From positions 1 through 27,665 of the forward strand of contig NIVC01000113.1 in assembly GCA_002269645.1 (NCBI GenBank): a stretch of 27,665 bases of DNA. The letters are read 5' to 3'. Of this stretch, positions 1-24,978 are shown piece by piece. Origin of the DNA: Macrostomum lignano. Taxonomy: Eukaryota. The translations under genes were made by a program, and so were the position numbers. Under the pieces are notes generated by a model. That model was given only the letters and a program-made list of their open reading frames with translations. It was not told where the DNA came from and searched no databases. The stretch's first letter is position 1, and each line of letters begins with the position of its first letter.

Positions 1-137
1 CAGCCACTTCCTCCTAGTCGATACTTTATCGCACAGTATTTAGAGCGTCTCAACCGAACTGTGCTTGGCCATCTGCCTTTCTTGCTTCTCCATCCGCCTG
101 CTCCAAATTGCCCGAGATAATCAGCGAATAAAGCCGA

Positions 138-1317
138 ATGAACAGCAACAGCGGTAGCGTCTCCTCCCTAAACAAATCTCCATCCGTGATTCCGGGTGGC
201 AGCGGCAGCAACAACAACAAATCAGCCAGCCTGACGGTTATCAACGAGCTCCCGGAAGCGAGGCCATTACGCCGACTGCGGACTGTAGGAAATCGATGGG
301 TCTTGACTCTGAATCGCCCGACGACGAAGAACCACCGCCTCCACCGCCGCCACCGATGGGCATTTTCGGCGAGACGAGGCCGACGCTGCTGGGGCCAGCC
401 GACCTGCGCCGTCTGCAGCGGAAGCATGAAAAGGCGCTGCGACGGGCCAACGAGAAAGCAGCGAACGCGCCGCCGAGGCCAAGAAGCGAAAGAAGCTCAG
501 GAAGCAGCAGCAGAAAATGCTAGCTGGAAACGGCAAAGCCAAGAAGCATAACACTAACCAGGATGAAGATAACATTGAGGAGGTTGCCGAGGAAGTAAAT
601 CTTGATGATGATGATGATGATTGCAGCAGCATCCGTCGCCAGTTTCCAAAGGCTTCGACCTGCAAGAGCGCCCTAGTGAGCATCTACTATACGCTACGAT
701 CTTGTCGGCTGTGTCGGCTGCTGCCCTGCTGTTTGTCGGTCTCCAGTACCGCGTCAAAGGTGCTCTTATCGCTGGGACTCTACTTGCGTTCTCAGCTTCG
801 GTCTGTGCACCAATCACTGCTTCAGCCAGAGCCTGGGAGTTGCCAGACAGCTCACGCCACGGGAGCAGCCGCTGCCAGCGAGGAGCGACAGATCGTGGAT
901 CGAAGTCTCAGCCTGGTACCGCAGAATCAGCCGCCTCACACGGAAGAAAGCACGGCGAACGGAGAGAGGAAGAAGTCCATATCACCCTCGCTTGAACCTG
1001 CGTCCGATGGGCAGCAGCAACAGCAGCAACAGCAGCAACAGAGAGCGTCAGTTGCCAATGCAGTAGACAGCATGCTGGCAAGGCGATTGTCAACATTGGC
1101 GGTTTTCCCCGATCCAGCAGCTCGACTGATGATGCGCCAGCAGCAGCTGCACCATCCGCAGCCGCTGCACCAGCGTAGACGCAGTTCTATGCTGCACTTG
1201 GCCAGATCGATGTCCTTGGCGGCGGCGGCTCAGCACGCTGATCCCGGATGGATTGGACAACCGTCGGAGGGCTTGAGGACTACACAGAGTACGTGTAGAG
1301 TGCGCCACAGAGGTTGA
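138..1317 (+). CDS. Probable low-complexity (poly-Q/P/D) protein exon, possibly with two transmembrane helices, broken across three frames
   Basis: GC-rich coding-like block. Protein-like stretches alternate frames: f3 MNSNSGSVSS..., f2 ...DSESPDDEEPPPPPPPP..., f1 ...EAKKRKKLRKQQQKMLAGNG...DDDDDD...QQQQQQQQQQ...stop at 1317, and f3 hydrophobic pair LLYATILSAVSAAALLFVGL / GALIAGTLLAFSASVC. No family recognised. Confidence 0.4.
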
Positions 1318-1934
1318 ACTGCGCGCAACGTAGACTTAGATTCCAGAGTTACTGTTTAATGCTAGTTTTTCCGTACATCGTGTGCCCAGCTGCCTATTTG
1401 ATACTGAATTTTATTGCTGTAAAATTTGCGTGTTTCAAAGTTCATCTAAGTAAGGGAGAAATCAAACCATACGTCTTCGCTCAGCAATAGATTAATTCGC
1501 TACATGAACTGACTGGTTGTCCTGGCTGCACGCTACTGTAAAAGTTCCGAATATAAACTATGCTACGATTACGGGATAAACCGCCTCTGTGTCCTTCATT
1601 TTAGTGCAATTTAGTCCGAGTTGAAGTCGGCAGTCGTGTGTTTACCACTTAGTTCTAATCAAGTGCAGCCGGGGGACACTAGAGACTAAGTTAAAAACCA
1701 TGCAGCTTAGCTAAAGGCTATTTTCACTAAGCCTCCGCTCGCCCTTATTTAGTCCGTTGGCATCTGCCAATCAAGATAATGTCGAAATTGAACAGCGGCA
1801 TCGAATGTCTAGGATGCAGTCGGTTTCGGCGTTCAATGCTCTGCTGCACCGAAAGTTCCAAGTTGAAAAGGCACTATTTTACTTTTTTCCGTTTTCTGTT
1901 GGCTGCTATTTATCTGCTTTTTCTCACAGGGTTA

Positions 1935-2120
1935 CACTTGTCTATCCACATGTCTTCAATATTCTCACTTGTCTATCCACATGTCTTCAATGTTCTCACT
2001 TGTCTATCCACATGTCTTCAATATTCTCACTTGTCTATCCACATGTCTTCAATGTTCTCACTTGTCTGTCCACATGTCTTCAATATTCTCACTTGTCTAT
2101 CCACATATCTTCAATATTCT
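1935..2120. repeat. 31-bp minisatellite, 6 copies
   Basis: Unit CACTTGTCTATCCACATGTCTTCAAT(A/G)TTCT, head-to-tail with no spacers. Confidence 0.93.
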
Positions 2121-3085
2121 CTCTTCCGCCGCATTACTGCTCCGAACTCAGCCCTTCCCATGCATCATCCCAACTTGCTCAGAACTCCGGTCAGTCGCTT
2201 CTCAGGCCTGCAGTAAACGCTCCAGCTAAAAAACATGTAGCAGTTTCCAGTACCCTAGCGAACGAATATTTGCAAGTGAAAATTTTTCGCCTCTTATCTC
2301 CATGTCTAAGTTCGCCATCGAGAGACTTCGAAGGACGCTAAACTCTCAATGCACCGAGCTAATCTGCTAATCCCTTCGGTTAAGCTGCAGAGGGACTGGC
2401 GCCTTGCCCTGGATAAAACTGCAAAGCCAAAATGTCGAGACGCGTCTTTCGCCAGGATCTAGTGGGGATTGGGAAGCGTGTCTTGCAAACATTTGAATTC
2501 TTAGTTCAAACCTTATCCCCGGCTTTCATTCTTACAGGATCAGAAATTTGAGATCGAATGGCTAAACTGGCATGATCCCATCTAGGATTCAGCTCCCGTT
2601 AGAGTGCACACAATGCGGCTCTCAAATTCAGGCAGCGCTTTAGCCAAGCATTAAGAAAGTCGTGTGAAAACTTCAACTTCTATACTTGGGTGGAGCGCAG
2701 TTCATCCATCATGGGCACAACAGAATACATTACAAAATACTACGTGAAAGGGGCGTACATTTTGTACATTGTACATTACATTTTGTAATGTACTACGTGA
2801 CATTAACTACGATAGCTCGTAGTTAAGTGACCATAGGTCTAAATTTTGAGCCATAGTGAGGTTGAAGCAGCTTTTGTTTTACCTGCTTGCCAAGCGTAGG
2901 TTTGTAATTTACGGCCGAATTCAGACTTTATTGACTCCAATTGGTAGCTCAGTAAAGACCCACTCTCCTAGAGTGTTACACGGTAGGCACCACCAGAGTC
3001 AATCTTCAAGCCGACCAATATCAGATTTGAGGCAGGAAGTGTTTCTCGCTCAATAGGAAAATCTGCGGCCGTTAGCTGGAAAGAA

Positions 3086-4548
3086 ATGTCCTGAATTCCT
3101 ATATCAGATAGCGTTTTGCTTGCTTTCGTTGACTAGCAACTGAGCTCTGCAATTTTTCCCCTAATGCTTGTTCGTGAGCCCTGCCGAGAACTTCTCCTGG
3201 TGCTCCGCTAATCGGCAGTGCGCGGCCATCGGAAGGGAGCTCGCCAACTCGTACGAGACCGTCAAGAGCATCAGGATTGGAAACGTCCCCAATGCTAGCA
3301 AGTGCAACTGTCGGCTGTGGCTCGGAATCAGCGACCTGGCCGACGAAAGGGCGGATAGAAAGGATGGTTGGCAGAGGATCAATGGAAACGGGATTTTTCC
3401 AACAGATACAAGCCTCTTTAGAAGCGGAGAACCTTCGAAGGAAGGGAAGCAAAACTGCATTCGAACGACTACAAAAATGCTCTTGGTTAGTGTCGAATGC
3501 GAGAGAGTTCGCGGATTTGTGTGCGAGTTCCGAAGCCCTGGGAGCTACGAGGCCGATTCTGGGAGTCTGTAGTCTTCAGCGACCAGAAACTCAAATCCGA
3601 GTACAGCTTCTCCGATGTAGCGCAGGTGAGCAGCGCTATCGAGTGCACTGCGGCTGCAATGAGTGCCAAAGGTACATCACGGTACGTACTGTGCAACCGC
3701 AAGCTGAGGACCTGCCGCCTGCTGCACTTCACGGAGTATCAAACTACTCAAAATGTTGGACTCCACCAACAAAATCACCCTTAAGTGAGTTCAAGGGCAT
3801 GTGGGGATCCGAGGAAATGAGTTGGCTGACGCCCTTGCAAAAGTTGGCGCCTCCGGCTCCTCTCTCGGTCCCGAACTCCTTGTCCCGATTCCCGGCTGTG
3901 TCATCGACTCGCGCATCAAAGCGTGGATCAGGACCCAGCACCACTCGACTTGGGCGAACCGCACGAACTGCAGGCAATCCAGAGGCGCTGTCCCTCAGCC
4001 CTCTCACCAGCTCCGGAAGCTCCTCTTGCGCCTCTCGCGCAGAGACATCCGGGCTGCCATCATGACCCTCTCTGGTCACGGCTGCTTCTCCAGGCACCAG
4101 TACCTGCAGGGCAACGCCACCAACGCCACCTGTAGTTTCTGCAACTCAGGTGACGAAACCGCTGAGCATTTCGTCAGCATCTGTCCCGCCTTTACGCGAG
4201 CCAGACTCACTTACCTCGGGCCACACACATCTATTACTGAAGCGTGCAAACCCGAAAACTTTAATCAGCCCATGCGCTACCTCCGGGCCACCCGCAGGGC
4301 TGAACTCTCCTTTCCAGAGAGCACTATAGCTGCTGGCGACACTGGGGGACCTCCCTGAGCGGCGCCAACCCTTCGTCTATAGCGACGCGTCGGCCGCTAG
4401 GGATTAGCGGAATGGGCGTTCACGTCTTCCCGCTGTGTCCCCCCCGGGCCAGCCCTGCAGCTAAGTCAAAGCCAAGCACTTCACGGACGCTCCAGTGGAA
4501 GGGGAGATCCAGGCGGATCCTGACTGGATCAAGTTCAGGCTGGTCTGA
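3086..4548 (+). pseudogene. C-type lectin plus PAN/apple-like domain gene, frameshifted and interrupted by a LINE
   Basis: CTLD motifs in f3 (FSWCSANRQC...LWLGISD...GW...GEPS...NCI...ECERVRGFVCEF). After a shift near 3530, f2 gives a PAN-like SSAIECTAAAM...VLCNRKLRTCRLLHFT. Removing 3736-4487 restores DAPVEGEIQADPDWIKFRLV-stop (4546-4548). A signal-peptide-like segment at 3086-3140 is also out of frame. Confidence 0.75.
3736..4475 (+). mobile_element. 5'-truncated non-LTR retrotransposon (RNase H-bearing I group, Loa/Lian-like): end of RNase H, CCHC knuckle and 3' UTR
   Basis: f3 reads IKLLKMLDSTNKITLK*VQGHVGIRGNELADALAK (RNase H C-terminal motif, Trp codon mutated to TGA), then CRQSR, LSRRDIRAAIMTLSGH and C-x2-C-x8-H-x4-C (CSFCNSGDETAEHFVSIC), with stop at 4358. 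Exact 12-bp direct repeats GCACTTCACGGA flank it at 3724-3735 and 4476-4487. Confidence 0.92.
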
Positions 4549-5140
4549 TGGCTCTGCAAGCGTTCTGATGGCAACTCTTCGGAAATCTGGTTTTCCAAGC
4601 TTTTCGTACTGAAAAAAGCTGAGGTTACAAAAGTGAGCAATAAATCTTATGGATCACTACTGGCTATCGCTTTATAACGAAAAATTTTGTGAAAGATAAA
4701 ATAAAAAGTTCTCTAATTATTGCAAGGACTGCTTTAATTTCTCCATGGCAAACCGTAAAAAGCAAAAAAACATGCCAGCCTGAAGGCTTTGTTATTTTCT
4801 GTTTCTGTAATTAAAGCCAAGCCGTCTGGTTCTGTCCATAAAATGTTCAGGGATGTTTATTAAGTACGAGTAATCGAAAACTTTATTGCAAAAACAGCCT
4901 TTACATACTACTGAATAATTTTAAGTAGTCTTGTCTGCCTAAAACCTTCCTGCAATGCTTTGCAAGACATTCTCTACACTGTGCTTAGAAGAAACGTTGT
5001 TCGTGTTAATGCAATAGATAAAGTTCACATTAGCTACAGTATAACAATACGAGCGTAAATATTTGTTTCAGACAGACCATATAAAACCAGCACAGAAGTA
5101 AAAAGTAGACAAAATATCCTTCATGAGTTGGTTCAAAATA

Positions 5141-5864
5141 TACATTTTTGCAATCTAGTTTGCCAAAACTGCAATCAGTTTTGCCCGCGGAAAAATATCA
5201 CTTATAATTTTGCTGTCCATGCCAAGTCCGCTCAGTCATGACCAGAGTTTCAGCCACAGACAACTCTTTAAAAACTGCAATCAATTTTGCCAAAACTGCG
5301 ACCTAGTTTGCCCATAGCAAAGAAAACACCACAGACATACATAGCAAGATCAAAGAATGGCCCAGTGTGGACCTTATAACAGGATCTCAGCGAAGGACCG
5401 GCAGCGATTGATTCAAGCATATCAGGATGGAGAGGACTGGCAAGATTTCGGTAGGCTGTTGGGCATCTCACGAAGAACCGTGACTTACATAGTTGGACAA
5501 TTCAACGCAACCGGTCGTATAGAGCCTCTGCCTCGCGGAGGTGCCAAGCGGAGGTCCCTTAACAATGCTATGATTGAGAGCATTGTGCCTACGTCTACCA
5601 TTATAAACTCGCTGTTTATTGTTCACTGTTACAGTTTATTTCGTCACACTTCCGAATTGATTCTCAATAAAAATTCTTCTTGGCTTGCTATGGGCAAACT
5701 AGGTCGCAGTTTTGGCAAAATTGATTGCAGTTTTCAAAGAGTTGTCTGTGGCTGAAACTCTGGTCATGACTGAGCAGACTTGGCCTAGATAGCAAAATTA
5801 TAAGTGATATTTTTCCGCGGGCAAAATTGATTGCAGTTTTGGCAAACTAGATCGCAAAAAGGTA
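5141..5864 (+). mobile_element. Internally deleted Tc1/mariner (IS630-Tc1-mariner) DNA transposon, IR/DR type
   Basis: 180-bp terminal inverted repeats at 5141-5320 and 5685-5864 (8 mismatches by my count), with TA on both flanks (5139-5140, 5865-5866). The internal ORF from 5357 encodes a paired-like HTH N-terminus (ISAKDRQRLIQAYQDG...LLGISRRTVTYIVGQFNATGRIEPLPRGG); no DDE/D domain. Confidence 0.9.
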
Positions 5865-6529
5865 TATTTTTTGCAGAAAAAAATTGTCATGAATATGGAA
5901 TTGTCGCAGAGCATTAAAATTAATAGCAGTTACTATTACGGTAGTCTTTGAGCCGAAAAATTACAACTGAAAGATAAAAAAATACTTTGAAAATCGATGT
6001 ACTTTTTTGTAGTTGAAAAACCCAACTTTTGGACTTGCAGACTTAGATTACCCTTTGTTTTAACGAAACCATTTTTAAATTAGAGCAATCAGGAGGGTCC
6101 AGCGCACAAATGACCACTATGCTAAAAATTCGGCATTAGTACTTCAAACTTACGAACGCACAGAAAATGTAGCTGGAATGTACGGGATATTGTTGTGTAC
6201 TTTTAAAAGGCTTAAACTTTATGAACATTTTAAGTATCTTTGTGCTTCTCAAATGAACTTTCAAGTTTTATTATTCAAAATCTGAATAATTCGTCATAGA
6301 AAATTTCAAAACGCAGCCGCAGCTTAGGAGGTTAAAACAATATTTTTTTAAAATAATAATCAAGTCACGATAAAAAGGAAAAAAATACAATACACTGTCA
6401 CAAAGTTTTAAGACAATAAGTTTGAATTAGTACATTACTCTCTCAGTTGATGCTTTATCCGCCAAAGGAAAGCGAAAAATCAAAGCCGAGTCCAGACGTT
6501 TAGCTCAGGTTTTGGACTCACCGATGACT

Positions 6530-7447
6530 CTACGAGCGTAGAAGTCGCTCCAGCTTCTCCGTGACACACCGGATATTCTCCTCGTCCTGCGACTCCATGG
6601 CAACGAGTCGTTCATCCCTGATTGTCTTCATCTGCTCCAGGCAGAACTTCACGTGCTCACGGCTGTCGCTGTAGTGAGCCAGGGCGTGCAGCTCCTCCAA
6701 ATCTGGGTCTTCCTGCAGCTCCTCCAATTCTGGGTCTTCCTGCAGCTCCTCCAAATCTGGGTCTTCCTGCAGCTCCTCCAAATCTGGGTCTTCCTGCAGC
6801 TCCTCCAAATCTGGGTCTTCCTGCAGCTCCTCCAAATCTGGGTCTTCCTGCAGCTCCTCCAAATCTGGGTCTTCCTGCAGCTCCTCCAAATCTGGGTCTT
6901 CCTGCAGCTCCTCCAAATCTGGGTCTTCCTGCAGCTCCTCCAAATCTGGGTCTTCCTGCAGCTCCTCCAAATCTGGGTCTTCCTGCAGCTCCTCCAATTC
7001 TGGGTCTTCCTGCAGCTCCTCCAAATCTGGGTCTTCCTGCAGCTCCTCCAAATCTGGGTCTTCCTGCAGCTCCTCCAATTCTGGGTCTTCCTGCAGCTCC
7101 TCCAAATCTGGGTCTTCCTGCAGCTCCTCCAAATCTGGGTCTTCCTGCAGCTCCTCCACCCACGCGTCGAATGAGATTTCAGGTGCGCGATTGCGGAGCA
7201 GCTCAGCTTGCAGACTCCAGCCAAGGCAGCGGAAGTTCACGTACAGGTGGGAGGAGCGAGGCTGCGACAGTCTGGCTGTGAGCAGAGACTGGGTGAACTC
7301 GGGCAGACATCGAAAGCGAGGCGGTGGAGAGTCAAAGGGAAGGCAGAATCTCCAGGCCCAGTCAAAGTCAGTTCGTGTAAACTTGGAATTCTTAATTTCG
7401 GCCGATTTCCAGCTTCTCTTGACTTGGAAATTCTCACAATCACAATC
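6530..7447 (-). CDS. Uncharacterised acidic ORF with 17 x EELQEDPDL repeats and no upstream ATG (exon or pseudogene)
   Basis: Frame is open from 7447 to the stop at 6530. Non-repeat flanks read as protein on both sides (FDWAWRFCLPFDSPPPRFRCLPEF...AWVEEL and HALAHYSDSREHVKFCLEQMKTIRDERL...). The only unit variant is a conservative D/E change. Confidence 0.45.
   Translation of the reverse strand, partial: DCDCENFQVKRSWKSAEIKNSKFTRTDFDWAWRFCLPFDSPPPRFRCLPEFTQSLLTARLSQPRSSHLYVNFRCLGWSLQAELLRNRAPEISFDAWVEELQEDPDLEELQEDPDLEELQEDPELEELQEDPDLEELQEDPDLEELQEDPELEELQEDPDLEELQEDPDLEELQEDPDLEELQEDPDLEELQEDPDLEELQEDPDLEELQEDPDLEELQEDPDLEELQEDPDLEELQEDPELEELQEDPDLEELHALAHYSDSREHVKFCLEQMKTIRDERLVAMESQDEENIRCVTEKLERLLRS
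6687..7158. repeat. 27-bp minisatellite, about 17.5 copies
   Basis: Unit CTCCTCCAA(A/T)TCTGGGTCTTCCTGCAG; the T variant occurs in 3 units. Confidence 0.97.
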
Positions 7448-7467
7448 TCACAATCTCACAATCTCAC
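7433..7467. repeat. Short 8-bp tandem repeat (CTCACAAT), about 4 copies
   Basis: Sequence ctcacaat cacaat ctcacaat ctcacaat ctcac. Confidence 0.75.
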
Positions 7468-7956
7468 TTAGAATACAATACATCTTGTAAGCCATTCATA
7501 CCCCTGAACTGACTCAAAATCGCCGAGCATGCATCAAATTGAACAAGAGGACCGCACTGGGGATCTAGAGTATTGCACGCGAAGCAATCACTGGAGCTGC
7601 GTCTTTATTTTATTTAATGAACCAAGGTACCATCGCAAAAATCAGTAACACAAGTAAAGATTATCGTTTATTGATTCTTAAAAAAATTACTTCAATAAAA
7701 TGACAAACGGTTTTACTATTTCTGTTACTAACGGCTCCTAATTTAATCTTCCATTAATTAGTCACGATATTGTTCTCTCTAAAGGTTTTACTGCTAGATA
7801 TCAGGAAAATGGGTCATAAAAATGATGTCTTGATTAGCGAAAAGAGATATAACATTTACTTCTTGTTGATTCAGACCTTTGTTTTGTGTACTTTTACAGT
7901 TTCATACTCGTACGATCAACTTCCAAAAAAGCCACTTCAGGCCCGAGCTCGAGACG

Positions 7957-23080
<15,124 letters not shown>

Positions 23081-23869
23081 GGCTGTGGGTGCCTGGCTGT
23101 TCTTGTGCAACACAGTTAGCAAGCTCACAGATACGCTGTGAATCAAGTTTCCGACCTGCAAACACTATAACAGACGTCGCGCGTGTCTGGGTTTATCGTG
23201 GAGCCAGTTTTATTTGCATTTTCTACAACCGGACAGCCAAATGGCAGGTCCCGGGTTTCTTATTGGTTGGAGGCGGAAAGATTTAACAGCGTACCTACGA
23301 TTGGATCTGTTGTATAGTAGACAGCAAGAGCCAAAGAACTGAAAACTTCAGTTCAATTCTGGTGCGTGAAGGCAGACCCTGACTAGCAGTTTTTAACTAG
23401 AAATTCGAGTGCATTAAACAGAAGCAGACTGGAACTGCACTAAAAGAAAATACCTCTTCAACTCGTACAAGGCCAAAGTTGAAGACAAAAATTCGAGGAA
23501 AACATCGGGCATGATTCATCGTCGTCGAACAGTGCCACCACGTGGTTAACTTCAAAATGTCATTGAAATAGAGCATCGATTCTTTCATTTTTTGAAAAAG
23601 CTTTCTACAAAAAACTGATAATAAACATGCATCTAATTATTTTGACGCGTGGCCCCTCTCATCAGGTTTATTTTGTAGAATAACGAACTGATGTGGTTGA
23701 ATATTAGGGTGACATGCTGCAGCAGATGTTTCATCCAGTCATTTCTGGTTCTACGAGCTAGTATGCAGCGAAACAGCCTGCTGCTACCACAAACCTAAAA
23801 AACGCTTCGGAATTATCGACGACTGTCGACTTAAAACATAAATTCTTGAAACTGTCTACTACAAGTAAT

Positions 23870-24227
23870 TTAGTAAAGAAATGCAGTCAGGTCAAAATGC
23901 ACAATATTAAATCTGAGTCGGCTCCCGTCCTGATCCGTTTTTTGGTAATTTTGTACCTTGATGCTCTTTCATAGCTGTTGAGTGGTGTCTCTGTGTGTCA
24001 AGTCTAATATCTTTCCGGGCTCGATTCTAACTCTGTCCTCGATCGCGCACTCAACCACATCCCCTTTGTACTCGTACATTTGCAGAACGCAGAGCCCCAA
24101 TTTAATGTCGATGTTATCTTCTTATGATGGGTTCGGCCTTTTTAAGCCTATAGCTTTGGGCCTCAGAATTCAGAAATGAATCACTTAGAACTCTGGCCTC
24201 TCATTCCTGTCAGATGGTCAGCCCCAT
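23870..24227 (-). pseudogene. Possible decayed small ORF downstream of the CCAAT/TATA promoter
   Basis: Strong acceptor (long pyrimidine tract + TAG at 24265), ACCATGG at 24227, and a protein-like stretch EDNIDIKLGLCVLQMYEYKGDVVECAIEDRVRIEPGKILDLTHRD (24121-23972). Needs two frameshifts and a TGA read-through. Confidence 0.25.
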
Positions 24228-24422
24228 GGTAGCTAGATTGTGGGCTAGTAGCAAGGTCCTATAGCTAGGAGGAGACAGCGAGAGACAAGCAGGGAGAATT
24301 TGAAAGGTAGAGATTAGCTAATCCGCAGATTAACTAACCCGCTGCCGCCAGTCCGTGCGCCCCGGCTCACCAAACCGGAGCTATCGAAATCGGACTTCTG
24401 ACTAGAGGGGCACTGCACTTAC

Positions 24423-24731
24423 CTGCCATCTAGTGTCTTTTAGCTGTCTATCTCGAAGTCATAGCCGAATAGAAGGGACGCTGCTGGGACTAAGATCGCG
24501 TTGGCGATTCAGGGACAGAGAGGACTTTTGCAGGGGGTTCTTGCGCTGGCGAGCCTTCATACACTACTAAAAGTCTCGAGCGTGGTTCGAGTTGCCGCCT
24601 TTTATAGCTCTCACGCGGCCGATTTGTTACAACGCACGCCGAAATTTCCGATTGGCTGAGAGCTTTTGTTAAAATAGGCGCCGAATTTTCTGATTGGTCG
24701 AGCCGGGGGCAGTCAGGTCGACTCTGATTGG
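24423..24731 (-). promoter_or_regulatory. Pol II promoter (three CCAAT boxes plus TATA) and a probable non-coding first exon
   Basis: Minus-strand CCAAT at 24727-24731, 24693-24697 and 24651-24655 (contexts AGCCAATCAG, GACCAATCAG, AGCCAATCGG). TATAAAA at 24600-24606. Perfect CAG|GTAAGT donor at 24423/24422. Confidence 0.6.
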
Positions 24732-24978
24732 CTAAGCTCAAGACCCCAAAACCCACCCCACGAGGTGGCCTTCAGACCCCAGGGAAGATGACAGGTGCGG
24801 TCATATATCATGCGCAAAACATAATAAAAGCCACTAGTCTAGACACCCTGGCGCCAAAAGTGACAGCAAAACACATAAATTAAAGGAGAAAGTAACAGAG
24901 CGAGTGGGGAGAAGGCTGGAAAGACCTCTTTGACCCAGACAGGCTGGAACCAAAAGTGTCAGCTAGACCGCCATAAAT

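Noticed and set aside
2941-3020. tRNA-like TAGCTCAGT (A-box)
   Set aside because: No D-loop GG, no proper GTTCRANYC B-box and no cloverleaf.
6622-7281. Alternative-frame ORFs (APPNLGLPA, LLQIWVFLQ, WRSCRKTQI, GGAAGRPRF)
   Set aside because: The 27-bp unit is open in all frames; only the EELQEDPDL frame has protein-like flanks on both sides.
24180-24900. Solo LTR or PBS (TGGCGCC) explanation for the CCAAT/TATA block
   Set aside because: No TG...CA ends with a TSD; the match to the tRNA-Lys PBS is only 7 nt.
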